Positions 45,216-53,748 of a stretch of DNA of 64,000 nt are shown piece by piece. The stretch lies in sequence record OR885871, one strand, 5' to 3'. The stretch's first letter is position 1. The number at the start of each line of letters is the position of its first letter. This DNA is from Escherichia phage vB_EcoM_JN03. Position numbers and translations under genes: made by a program. Below the pieces are notes generated by a model, which saw only the letters and a list, made by a program, of their open reading frames with translations, did no database searches and was not told the origin of the DNA.

Positions 45216-45452
45216 ATGAAACAAATTACTAAGACAGTACAAATCACCCAATATCAAACGGATGACGGCAGAGTGTTCGATACTCTTGGTCAGGCCGAAC
45301 ATTATGAGAAGATGAAGTCCGGTATTCGCAAGGTATGCCCTTCTTGTGATGGCAAAGGTCGCGACTCTCCGTCTGGCGACGGGCGTGATATGACGACTTG
45401 TCATTATTGTGGTGGTAAAGGCTGGGTAGAAAAGAAAGAGATATGGGGTTAA
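45216..45452 (+). CDS. DnaJ-type zinc-finger mini-protein (78 aa)
   Basis: Two CxxCxGxG repeats (CPSCDGKG, CHYCGGKG). Confidence 0.5.
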   Translation: MKQITKTVQITQYQTDDGRVFDTLGQAEHYEKMKSGIRKVCPSCDGKGRDSPSGDGRDMTTCHYCGGKGWVEKKEIWG

Positions 45453-45862
45453 TGAAACCTGTCATCTGTGATTACTGCGGCCTTCCTGCCAAATACGTCA
45501 GTGGTGATGTACTCTACCCTCATCGCCCAGATCTACACAAACTGAAGTTCTGGGTATGCTCGCCATGCGACGCTCGTGTGGGTTGCCATACCCATGGGGA
45601 TGGTAGACAACCTCTGGGAAGGATGGCGAATGCCGCTCTCCGTGCTGCTAAGCAGGAAGCTCATAGGTCGTATGACCCTATCTGGAAAAGTGGGCAGAGG
45701 AGCAGGAGTGATGCTTACAGCTGGCTGGCTCATAATCTGGGGATCAAGAAGCGCGATTGCCATATCGGCTTGTTCGATATCGATATGTGCCGTAAAGTAG
45801 TCGCTGTGTGTAATCAACTAGAGGTGTCAAACGATGTCAAAGGAAATACAAGAATCTTTTGA
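45443..45862 (+). CDS. Cys-rich zinc-ribbon protein (139 aa)
   Basis: CDYC ... CSPC cysteine pairs near the N-terminus. Confidence 0.45.
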   Translation: MGLMKPVICDYCGLPAKYVSGDVLYPHRPDLHKLKFWVCSPCDARVGCHTHGDGRQPLGRMANAALRAAKQEAHRSYDPIWKSGQRSRSDAYSWLAHNLGIKKRDCHIGLFDIDMCRKVVAVCNQLEVSNDVKGNTRIF

Positions 45863-46085
45863 AAAGTTATCTCAGGTAATGACCGACTGCAACCGCCGAA
45901 ATTATTGCGATGAAGCGTATACGCAATTGAAAACCGTCGTCGAATCTGAGTTGAATAACCTTTCAACTTTTAAAGATATTCAGACCGAAGTGCTATATCT
46001 GTCGGATGAAGATTTAAGGCGTTGTCCCCGCAAGATTTACCAATTACTGGATCGTTTGGTGAAAGTGGGGGTGGATAATGGGTAA
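45834..46085 (+). CDS. Hypothetical protein (83 aa)
   Basis: Overlapping compact arrangement; no motif recognised. Confidence 0.4.
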   Translation: MSKEIQESFEKLSQVMTDCNRRNYCDEAYTQLKTVVESELNNLSTFKDIQTEVLYLSDEDLRRCPRKIYQLLDRLVKVGVDNG

Positions 46086-46803
46086 TCGTGAAGGGATTAA
46101 ACTCACACAAGAACTTCTGAAGTCACATATTGCTGAAGTGATTTATGAAGACCGTGAAGTCGGTGGCCATCGTGTCATTACATGCCACTTCAAGATGGAC
46201 AATGGCTTCGTCGTCTGGGGGAAGAATAGTTCAACTTCTATCGACCCAGCCAACTTTGATGAAGAGTTGGGTAAGAAACTGGCCTATGAAAAGACCTTCT
46301 CCCAGCTGTGGGAACTGGAAGCATATCGCGCGATGGTAGAAAGGCAGATTATCGATGTGTCCGTCAAAGATGCTAAGATCAACATTGATGAATATGTGTC
46401 AGAAAGGGAAGCGATACATGAGATGGGTGGTTCTGAATTCCTTAAGGGTAAAGGACAATCCGTCGTGTTTCGTCATCCCAAGGATCCAAGTCGGGGATTT
46501 CGAGTTGAATTTGTTCGCACCGATAATGAACGTTATAACGAACGGCGTAATGGTGAAGCAAGATCTTTGGTGGAAGCGTATCTTCGCTCATTCATGACTT
46601 CTGAAGAACTAAATTCTGAACTTGTCTTGCGTTTGGCGAAAACGTGTAATGCTGCTTCAGGGGATTATCCGTGGTGTGACCTGTCAGAAGACAAACGCCA
46701 AGCAGCTTGTGATCGTGTTAAGAAATTCTTGTTAGATCCGAAAGCCCAACCTGGTGATTCCGTGGGGGCGCTGTATAGAGCCATCGTGGTGTCCTACTTG
46801 TGA
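46078..46803 (+). CDS. Hypothetical protein (241 aa)
   Basis: No motif recognised. Confidence 0.45.
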   Translation: MGNREGIKLTQELLKSHIAEVIYEDREVGGHRVITCHFKMDNGFVVWGKNSSTSIDPANFDEELGKKLAYEKTFSQLWELEAYRAMVERQIIDVSVKDAKINIDEYVSEREAIHEMGGSEFLKGKGQSVVFRHPKDPSRGFRVEFVRTDNERYNERRNGEARSLVEAYLRSFMTSEELNSELVLRLAKTCNAASGDYPWCDLSEDKRQAACDRVKKFLLDPKAQPGDSVGALYRAIVVSYL

Positions 46804-46902
46804 TTTTCAAAAGTCTTTCAAAATCAATAACGTCCGGCAAATTGCTGGGCGTTTCAATTAACAAGCCAAGGTATAATGGTCTAATTGTAAAGCGAGGAAA
46901 TC

Positions 46903-47097
46903 ATGTCCGTAAAAATGAAAATTGATATGACCAAACCATTTTTGCGTTCAGGAGTTGACTCTCTTGACTCACAGTTTAAACCCAGCGAAGTTTTAATCCA
47001 ACAGATTGAGACTAATCGCGAATTCATAGAACACATGCTGGTGAAGCCGGAAGGTGAAGCCGTCCATACCACTAAAGAAGGTAATAACGATGATTGA
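46903..47097 (+). CDS. Small protein (64 aa) translationally coupled to the vWA protein
   Basis: Stop codon overlaps the downstream start (ATGATTGA arrangement). Confidence 0.45.
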   Translation: MSVKMKIDMTKPFLRSGVDSLDSQFKPSEVLIQQIETNREFIEHMLVKPEGEAVHTTKEGNNDD

Positions 47098-49306
47098 ATC
47101 ATTAACATTTAAGAATGCGGTTGCGACCGTCGCGCCGTCTAACCATGTAATCGTTGTGGATATCTCCGGTTCCATGTATCGTTCACTTCCAGAAGTCCGT
47201 AAGCATCTGAAGGAGAACCTGCCTTCCCTGGTGAAACCGGAAGATACTGTGAGCATCCTTTACTTTTCATCTCGCGGTGATTTCGGAACGGTATTTGCCG
47301 GACGTCAGATTAACAGTGCAACTGACCTCAGTGAGATCAATAATCTAATTGACCGTTTCCTGAAGCCTTCTGGTTGTACTGGTTTTGTTGAGCCGCTGAA
47401 ACTGGCTGCGGAAACTGCCATTAGCCTGAATAAACCTGGTTATGTTAACAACCTGGCATTCATGACCGACGGGTATGACAACTGCTGGCGTTCTAATGAA
47501 ATCCTGGATGCCGCTGAAGTACTGCCCAAAGCGTTTGATAACATTACCTTCATCGAATACGGTTGGTATTGTAATCGCGAACTGCTGGGGCTAATGGCAG
47601 AACGTTCTGGTGCGACCCACGTATTCGCCGAAGGACAGAATGAATATCAGACCGAATTGGAAAACGTGCTGAAAACTTCTTCACCGAAAGTTGTAGTCGA
47701 TGTTCCTCTGGTTTATACCCATGCCATTTATGTTGAAAATGGCGTGGCGACTGTTTTAGCTGTGCATCCTGATGAAGAGCACCCTATTGGCCACGTCAGC
47801 ATCCCTGAAAGCGTTTCTCAGCTGTGGGTTGTAAACCCCAACATGATCGACCAGCTGGATAATCTGGCAGACATCCAAGCGGCATACGTGCTGGCATTTT
47901 ACGGCGTGTATACCATGGACGCAGATTTGGTTTGGGCTGCGCTGAAGAAAACGGGAGATGTTCGTTTCATCAAACAATACAGCAACTGTTTCACCAAGCA
48001 GGACTATTCCAACATCAAAGTCGATCTGACCCAGGCTATCGTGGATGAAACTCTGCGCGGCGTAGATGGCATCGATTACAATATGGTTCCGGCTGAAGAC
48101 GCCACCACCATTGTTGATGTTCTGACGTATTTGGCTGAAGCAGATGTCTCTATCGTCACCAAGCATCCGCTATTCTCTTACAAGAGCATTGGGCGCGGTA
48201 CTATACAAAAAGTTGACGACACCGAAGACAAGTTGGCCGAAGAGATTGCGAATGCGACTTCTAAAGAAGAGCGTAAAGCCCTGGCGCTCAAACTGGCCGA
48301 GCACGAAGATTGGACGCCGGAATTCAATCCAGCAGATGATAAAGGGATTGTCCCGATCAGCAATTTGGTCTATAATTCAGAACGTCCTAACATCAGTGTG
48401 CAGACAGTTCAACACGGAACGGTTATTGTGCCTGAGTTTGTACAGAAGAAATATGAACTTCCTGAAGAGCTGGGAACCTGGCGTTATCGCAATTACACCA
48501 TTGTCAAGGATGGTATCATCAACCTGAAAACAATGCCTATCACTGCAGATTCTCCGATTGTTCGGGCTAAGGTGGCACAGGATTTGACTGCCATGGGTGT
48601 TCATGTGTTTGGTGGGCCGGAAGTCTTCATTGTAAATCTGGAAAGTGTCCCAATGGTTAACCGCGCCATGACAAAGAATATCAGTGCTGCTGAATTCTTT
48701 GCAGACAATGTGCGCCGTGAAGCATTGAAGGCAAAGCAAAAAGTTCTGAAATTCTACCGTGATGAACTGGTTGGCAAAGGCAACGCTACTGGTCTGGCTT
48801 CAAAATATGGCAAAGAAGCGGCTGATTTCCTGTCAGCAAACGGCATTCGCGACTATGGATTTTCACCGAAGACTTCTTCTGTAGAATCAACCGATGTCTA
48901 TATGAGTCGTGAATTGAATGTGAAAATCAAAGGCGCATCTTCACTGCCGAGCATCGCGTCTGTTATCAAAAAACAGACGGACGGTAAAAAACTGAATGTC
49001 GCTGATCAGCTGATCGCTAATGCCCTGGCCGAATACAATGCGTTTGTTAAATCGCCGATGATCACCAGCGTACCGGAAGAGACTCAGAAAAAGCTGATCG
49101 AAAGTTGGATTGGTGATGCAGCAAAAGCAGCTATCAACGAAGTTCGATCTCTGAACAAAACGCTGTCCAAGGTAGTTTATGGGATTGTTGCAGGCCATGG
49201 TTGGTTTACCGACCTGGATTTGGAAGAATCCACTATGGATGTGGAAGTTGATGGGGTGAAATACACTGTCACTGCCGAACTGGCTGAAAAAGAAGTCAAA
49301 ATCTAA
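47090..49306 (+). CDS. von Willebrand factor A (vWA) domain protein (~738 aa)
   Basis: MIDAS motif VVVDISGSM, conserved Thr region (SGCTGF) and FMTDGYDN, followed by ~550 aa of uncharacterised sequence. Start at the ATG with RBS aagaagg. Confidence 0.75.
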   Translation: MIESLTFKNAVATVAPSNHVIVVDISGSMYRSLPEVRKHLKENLPSLVKPEDTVSILYFSSRGDFGTVFAGRQINSATDLSEINNLIDRFLKPSGCTGFVEPLKLAAETAISLNKPGYVNNLAFMTDGYDNCWRSNEILDAAEVLPKAFDNITFIEYGWYCNRELLGLMAERSGATHVFAEGQNEYQTELENVLKTSSPKVVVDVPLVYTHAIYVENGVATVLAVHPDEEHPIGHVSIPESVSQLWVVNPNMIDQLDNLADIQAAYVLAFYGVYTMDADLVWAALKKTGDVRFIKQYSNCFTKQDYSNIKVDLTQAIVDETLRGVDGIDYNMVPAEDATTIVDVLTYLAEADVSIVTKHPLFSYKSIGRGTIQKVDDTEDKLAEEIANATSKEERKALALKLAEHEDWTPEFNPADDKGIVPISNLVYNSERPNISVQTVQHGTVIVPEFVQKKYELPEELGTWRYRNYTIVKDGIINLKTMPITADSPIVRAKVAQDLTAMGVHVFGGPEVFIVNLESVPMVNRAMTKNISAAEFFADNVRREALKAKQKVLKFYRDELVGKGNATGLASKYGKEAADFLSANGIRDYGFSPKTSSVESTDVYMSRELNVKIKGASSLPSIASVIKKQTDGKKLNVADQLIANALAEYNAFVKSPMITSVPEETQKKLIESWIGDAAKAAINEVRSLNKTLSKVVYGIVAGHGWFTDLDLEESTMDVEVDGVKYTVTAELAEKEVKI

Positions 49307-49314
49307 ATTCAACT

Positions 49315-49338
49315 GGCGGGGAAACCCGCCTTCATTTT
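49315..49338 (+). terminator. Terminator hairpin (ggcggggaaacccgcc + ttcatttt)
   Basis: Right after the vWA gene stop. Confidence 0.6.
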
Positions 49339-49349
49339 GAGATATGCTT

Positions 49350-49661
49350 ATGTCAAACAAACCAACTTATGTTGAAGTAATGCGTGTTCTGGCTCAGTAC
49401 GCTTGTGACAACCTGAACATGGAAACTTGGCGCAACGGGGATCACAAGGACAAGTTTGATAACATTGATGATAATATCGATGCTTTAGCGCCGTTACGGG
49501 TTAAGAATGATCTCGGCGGTGACGATCTTGACATGATTGAGCTGGTCATGGAAATCGAAGAAGAGTACGATGTAGAAATTAGTGACGAGTGGGTGGGTAA
49601 ACATGGAGATGATCCTACCCTCGGAGAGTTAGCTGAACTCGTCGTTGCCCTGCGCAAGTAA
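49350..49661 (+). CDS. Acyl carrier protein-like protein with Ser-to-Asp substitution at the phosphopantetheine site
   Basis: VKNDLGGDDLDMIELVMEIEEEYDVEISDE aligns with E. coli ACP [29 protein letters not shown]; the DSL serine is Asp (DDL). Confidence 0.7.
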   Translation: MSNKPTYVEVMRVLAQYACDNLNMETWRNGDHKDKFDNIDDNIDALAPLRVKNDLGGDDLDMIELVMEIEEEYDVEISDEWVGKHGDDPTLGELAELVVALRK

Positions 49662-49667
49662 CTGAAG

Positions 49668-49734
49668 ATCCCCAACGTTTGTTGGGGATTTTTACTTTTA
49701 GGGGTTTACTTCTATAAGGCAAATGCGTATTATT
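49668..49734 (+). promoter_or_regulatory. Terminator hairpin + sigma70-like early promoter cassette, copy 1
   Basis: Hairpin ccccaacgtttgttgggg, then GTTTAC - 18 nt - TATTAT; 53 bp identical to copy 2. Confidence 0.6.
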
Positions 49735-49782
49735 GAATTCATCGGGCGGGGCGTTCCCGTTCATTGAAAGAAGGTATATATT

Positions 49783-50013
49783 ATGTCTGCTGTATCACGC
49801 GTTGTTGACCTCACCCCATTTTGCCTGAACAATATTGCTAACCCTAAATTGGTATTGTTTAAAGATCCCTCTAATTTCTGCTGGCTGGCAAGTTGTGATA
49901 CCCACAACGGACGTCGTGCTGTTTGGGAGTTTCCCGCAACTGATGAAGGTAGAATTTCCGCTATAAGAAAATTAGAACTGGAAAATTCAAGCCGAGAAAT
50001 TAAACAGGCATAA
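49783..50013 (+). CDS. Hypothetical protein (76 aa)
   Basis: Sits between the two promoter cassettes. Confidence 0.45.
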   Translation: MSAVSRVVDLTPFCLNNIANPKLVLFKDPSNFCWLASCDTHNGRRAVWEFPATDEGRISAIRKLELENSSREIKQA

Positions 50014-50079
50014 CTTTTATTAAATCCCAACAAACGTTGGGGATTTTTACTTTTAGGGGTTTACTTCTATAAGGCAAAT
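50013..50079 (+). promoter_or_regulatory. Terminator hairpin + sigma70-like early promoter cassette, copy 2
   Basis: Hairpin cccaacaaacgttgggg (loop is the reverse complement of copy 1's loop), then an identical promoter. Confidence 0.6.
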
Positions 50080-50139
50080 GCGTATTATTCAATAACTGGC
50101 GAACGATGGGTTCACCAGGTTGAAAGGTAAGATTATATC

Positions 50140-50379
50140 ATGAAGAACAAAATGGTAGAAACTTCAGTGGAGATTGATCGTAATTGGGGCTTGCTCCGCG
50201 CTAAAGGGTTCCGTCGTGTGTATGCGACCAAAGAAGTATATGCCCAGCGCCGCGATGTTATCATCAGCAAGAAGGGAAAAGATTGGGTTGCCGAAGAAGT
50301 CGATGTCGAAACAGGCGTCGTCGGAAAGGTGAAAGCCAAGGCCGCGATCCTCTTCGCTCTTCTGAAGCACATCAGTTAA
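50140..50379 (+). CDS. Hypothetical basic protein (79 aa)
   Basis: Downstream of cassette 2; RBS aaaggtaag. Confidence 0.45.
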   Translation: MKNKMVETSVEIDRNWGLLRAKGFRRVYATKEVYAQRRDVIISKKGKDWVAEEVDVETGVVGKVKAKAAILFALLKHIS

Positions 50380-50438
50380 TTCTATAACTTAGGGTGGGGT
50401 ATGATTACCCCGCCTATTTGAAATGCAGGAACTATACC

Positions 50439-50945
50439 ATGACCGATCAACAAATTCAAGATTTATTTTACCTCGTCCATGATAAGTCCCATATTATGCG
50501 CCCTGGCACTGTTTCTCCTGTCGTCCGTGATCTGGTGCAAGAATTACGCGAACCGCAGATGACCACACTTTATCGTGGGTTGCCTAAAGAGGACGTTGTG
50601 CGTTTAGAGATGATGTTTGAACGAGGCGACATGTTCCAGACATGGGATTCTTGTCTTAGCTTCAGTGAATTGAAGCATGTGGCCAAAAAATTTTCTAAAT
50701 CGTATGGAACCAGAGCTGTTGCTCGCATTTGTTACAAACATCGAAACGGACTCCCAGAGGGGCTTAATGTCTTTGGTTCTCTAGAAAAATTTGTGAACAA
50801 AGACGATGAATCAGAAATGGATATGCTGGACTTGGCGTCCATGGAGAAAGAATGGATATTCTGCCAGCCTCGCGTCTTCCCAGTTTCAAGAAAAATGGCA
50901 ACAGATGGGACGATGGTTTTTACCGTATCACTTATTACTCTATAA
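50439..50945 (+). CDS. Hypothetical protein (168 aa)
   Basis: Start context tatttgaaatgcaggaactataccATG, repeated before the next gene; begins MTDQ. Confidence 0.5.
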   Translation: MTDQQIQDLFYLVHDKSHIMRPGTVSPVVRDLVQELREPQMTTLYRGLPKEDVVRLEMMFERGDMFQTWDSCLSFSELKHVAKKFSKSYGTRAVARICYKHRNGLPEGLNVFGSLEKFVNKDDESEMDMLDLASMEKEWIFCQPRVFPVSRKMATDGTMVFTVSLITL

Positions 50946-50998
50946 ACCCACGGCGGGGTATCTTTGCCCCGCCTATTTGAAATGCAGGAACTAATATC

Positions 50999-51277
50999 AT
51001 GACAGATCAAAGAAGTATTGCTCGTTCGGAAATCAAAGATATTATACAGAGCAAAACCAACGAAACTCATGCTCAATCCAGAATGCTATCTCGATTTGTT
51101 GAAATTAAGTTTGACATTGAAGAGAATAACAATCGGAGAGCGCTGGAGGGAATGTTGGCGATTATCTTGGGCCATGTCACCAATTCAGCATACGACATGG
51201 ATGATTTAACTCGTTTGTTGAACGCCCAGAATAACGTTGGGACTTCTGTTCGCGAATTGCTGTTTAAGTCCGAATGA
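50999..51277 (+). CDS. Hypothetical protein (92 aa)
   Basis: Same hairpin + tatttgaaatgcaggaacta leader as the previous gene; also begins MTDQ. Confidence 0.5.
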   Translation: MTDQRSIARSEIKDIIQSKTNETHAQSRMLSRFVEIKFDIEENNNRRALEGMLAIILGHVTNSAYDMDDLTRLLNAQNNVGTSVRELLFKSE

Positions 51278-51314
51278 ACTAACTAAGGGATAACCCTATA
51301 TCCCGAGGTGTGTC

Positions 51315-51764
51315 ATGTTCCTTACATCCTTTATTGACTGGATGAATATCATAAATGGTCTGAGGATCCCTGTTGGGAACCTCGGGCTTTCTCGTTCTTC
51401 TATGCCGCAAATCGATGCCGACAAACAAGAAGATTTTCACAAATATCTTGAAGACAACGGCGTGTCCATAGATGCTGCGCAAGTACCCATCAAAATGCTT
51501 CGTCTTACCCAGAACGAAATCAATAAAATGAAGGTCTGGAAGATTATGAAGCAGATCAGAAATAAGAAGCCCATGGGTCGAGTTTGGGTGTCTTCTGACA
51601 ATTACGTTGTTGACGGGTCTCACCGATTTGTCGCTGCGTTGAACATGGACGGCAAACAGCGCATGAAGGTCTACAAAGTTGATTTGCCAGCGATGGAATT
51701 TGTTAAACTCGCTAAACAGTTTCAGGGTGTGCGATACAGAACGGTCAGCGATACCCGTTTCTGA
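51315..51764 (+). CDS. ParB/Srx-like nuclease-domain protein
   Basis: Motif VVDGSHRFVAALN resembles the ParB N-terminal domain core (DGxHR...A). RBS gaggtg. Confidence 0.5.
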   Translation: MFLTSFIDWMNIINGLRIPVGNLGLSRSSMPQIDADKQEDFHKYLEDNGVSIDAAQVPIKMLRLTQNEINKMKVWKIMKQIRNKKPMGRVWVSSDNYVVDGSHRFVAALNMDGKQRMKVYKVDLPAMEFVKLAKQFQGVRYRTVSDTRF

Positions 51765-51843
51765 ATACGATAGTTTATTGAAACCCTTTACTCAACATGG
51801 TGACATCCCTATCATTTTATCCAATGAAATAAGGAGAATCACC

Positions 51844-52533
51844 ATGAAACGTTTAATCATCGGGGTTGTGCTGGCTGGTCTGGCACTTCCTGCCACCGCC
51901 AAGCTGAACTCCACAGGTGAAAAACTGTGGTCTGATCTTTCCTACTGTGCTGGGTTCTCCCAAGCTGTTGCTATAGACAAAACTGGTTCCATAGAGAACT
52001 TTGCTGAACTCTGGGCCACAGGTAACGTCACAGATGCCGTTGTAAACGCTGGTATTGAGTTTAATCGATATAAGCAAGGCGCGTTCAACCTGAAAGGATA
52101 TATGAACGACGAAGCATTTAACCGAGGAGGCATGGAGGCGAGCGATCTTATTATGACTGGTCGTATGGACACACAAGGACGAATGACCGTAAGACAGTGC
52201 CGTTCTCTCCCTTCTCCAGCATTACAAAAAGGTGTGCAGGTTGGCCGACGTCAGCTGGACCTCATCAATGATGGAAACCAATGTATCCGAGTATTTGAAT
52301 ATAGCGCTGATCAAGAATCTGATCGAAGACTGAAAAAGGAATGGCGGACTCGCGCCCTTGGCCTGAGAGCATGGCTGGTGGAAAATGATCATTATTATGA
52401 AGACCGTGTTCAGAATGGTTTGAAAGATCTTTCCACTAATTTGTCTGTCAATCTTGATGATCCCAGGCTTGCCCGTGAACTCAAGCAAACAAGAATTGAC
52501 TGTGATAATATGATGAAGGAGAACGAAAGATGA
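51844..52533 (+). CDS. Secreted (periplasmic) protein with signal peptide (230 aa)
   Basis: RBS aaggag. N-terminus MKRLIIGVVLAGLALPATA is a signal peptide with an A-x-A cleavage site. The ORF-track start at 51679 is upstream and unsupported. Confidence 0.55.
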   Translation: MKRLIIGVVLAGLALPATAKLNSTGEKLWSDLSYCAGFSQAVAIDKTGSIENFAELWATGNVTDAVVNAGIEFNRYKQGAFNLKGYMNDEAFNRGGMEASDLIMTGRMDTQGRMTVRQCRSLPSPALQKGVQVGRRQLDLINDGNQCIRVFEYSADQESDRRLKKEWRTRALGLRAWLVENDHYYEDRVQNGLKDLSTNLSVNLDDPRLARELKQTRIDCDNMMKENER

Positions 52534-52850
52534 AAATCAAAATCTTATTGTTATTCCTGTACACTTTCATGTCTTCCCAAGTATTGGCAGCTCCGGCCAG
52601 TAAGTTGAATATTTGTGCTGCTTGGTTGTCTACATATCAACAATTCCATCCGGATGATAAGGATACATCAATCCTTTTATCTGATTATGAAGGTGAATTG
52701 AAACGCCTTGATCTCTATAGTGTGGACCAGATAGAGAATGCGCTTGATTTACCCATGATGGAATCTGCTGCAGACAACAGCAAACAGACTATTAAAGATT
52801 TGACCATGTGCCGTGAAATTGCAACTAATTTCGTTGGAAATCAAAGATAG
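52530..52850 (+). CDS. Secreted protein with signal peptide (106 aa)
   Basis: MKIKILLLFLYTFMSSQVLAAPA signal peptide; start overlaps the upstream stop (ATGA). Confidence 0.5.
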   Translation: MKIKILLLFLYTFMSSQVLAAPASKLNICAAWLSTYQQFHPDDKDTSILLSDYEGELKRLDLYSVDQIENALDLPMMESAADNSKQTIKDLTMCREIATNFVGNQR

Positions 52851-52899
52851 TTTCAGGTTAAAATTTTATTCCCCATTGAACTGAAAGGTGTATTTCGTG

Positions 52900-53691
52900 A
52901 TGATCATTACCAAAAAGATCGCTGAGGCGATCGTTGAAAAGAATAAAATGTTCGCACCTAGCAAAGCAAAGGTTATTCTGATCCATGATGATGGTCGCGT
53001 GGTCTTCGCTGAAAAATTTGAGCAAGGGTGCGCTTTCTGGTTTGCAGACACTATGCGTGAAAGCAAGCTACAGGGCATCATTTACAAATTAACTCTGGTT
53101 GCCAAGCGCAACGATCAGGGTGACTGGGTTACGGTTTGTGATTTCAGCTCCAAGGTTGATACTCGACCAAAATCTCGCCAAGAGAGAATTCTGGAAGCTC
53201 AGGAAAAACTTGTTGCTGCTCGTACTTCACCAGTCATTAAGCCAGCAGTCATCTCCCCTTCTATTGATCTGCCGCCTGTCAGCCAAAAGGCTGTTGAGCA
53301 ATATGCAGAAAAACGAAAAGAAGAACCCGTGAAGTCTCCAGTTGAGAATAAAGAAGAATCTGAATTTATTTCAATCAGGCAGTTATGTCCGCAAGAAAGA
53401 CGATTTTCTTCACCAAATGATTTATTCGTGTCTTTCCGGTCTAATGGGAAGATTATATTGTGCAAAACCCTACGGGAACAATTGCAGTGGACTAACATCA
53501 ATATGATGGTGAGTCGGAACTTCAAACGATTCGCAATCGGTGAAGGTAAAGATTATCCTGTTAATAAGAGCGGAACATATGCAAATCGTCATATGTGCGA
53601 CAAATTGTCTTTCCCAAACGATTCCGGAACCATCCGCGTTCGTTTAGAATGGGATGAAAGTTTGAACATGTATGTCGGTGATATAAAATAA
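52900..53691 (+). CDS. Hypothetical protein (263 aa)
   Basis: No motif recognised; start ambiguous (52888 or 52900). Confidence 0.45.
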   Translation: MIITKKIAEAIVEKNKMFAPSKAKVILIHDDGRVVFAEKFEQGCAFWFADTMRESKLQGIIYKLTLVAKRNDQGDWVTVCDFSSKVDTRPKSRQERILEAQEKLVAARTSPVIKPAVISPSIDLPPVSQKAVEQYAEKRKEEPVKSPVENKEESEFISIRQLCPQERRFSSPNDLFVSFRSNGKIILCKTLREQLQWTNINMMVSRNFKRFAIGEGKDYPVNKSGTYANRHMCDKLSFPNDSGTIRVRLEWDESLNMYVGDIK

Positions 53692-53748
53692 TTCAATAAC
53701 ATTAGGGCGGTTATTATTAAACCGCCTTTTATTTGAGAGATCTATATT

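Noticed and set aside
49668-51001. Possible CRISPR-like array suggested by short direct repeats in the 49.6-51 kb region.
   Set aside because: Only two copies of each repeat family; repeats contain promoter and terminator elements and flank real ORFs; no cas genes; spacing is irregular.
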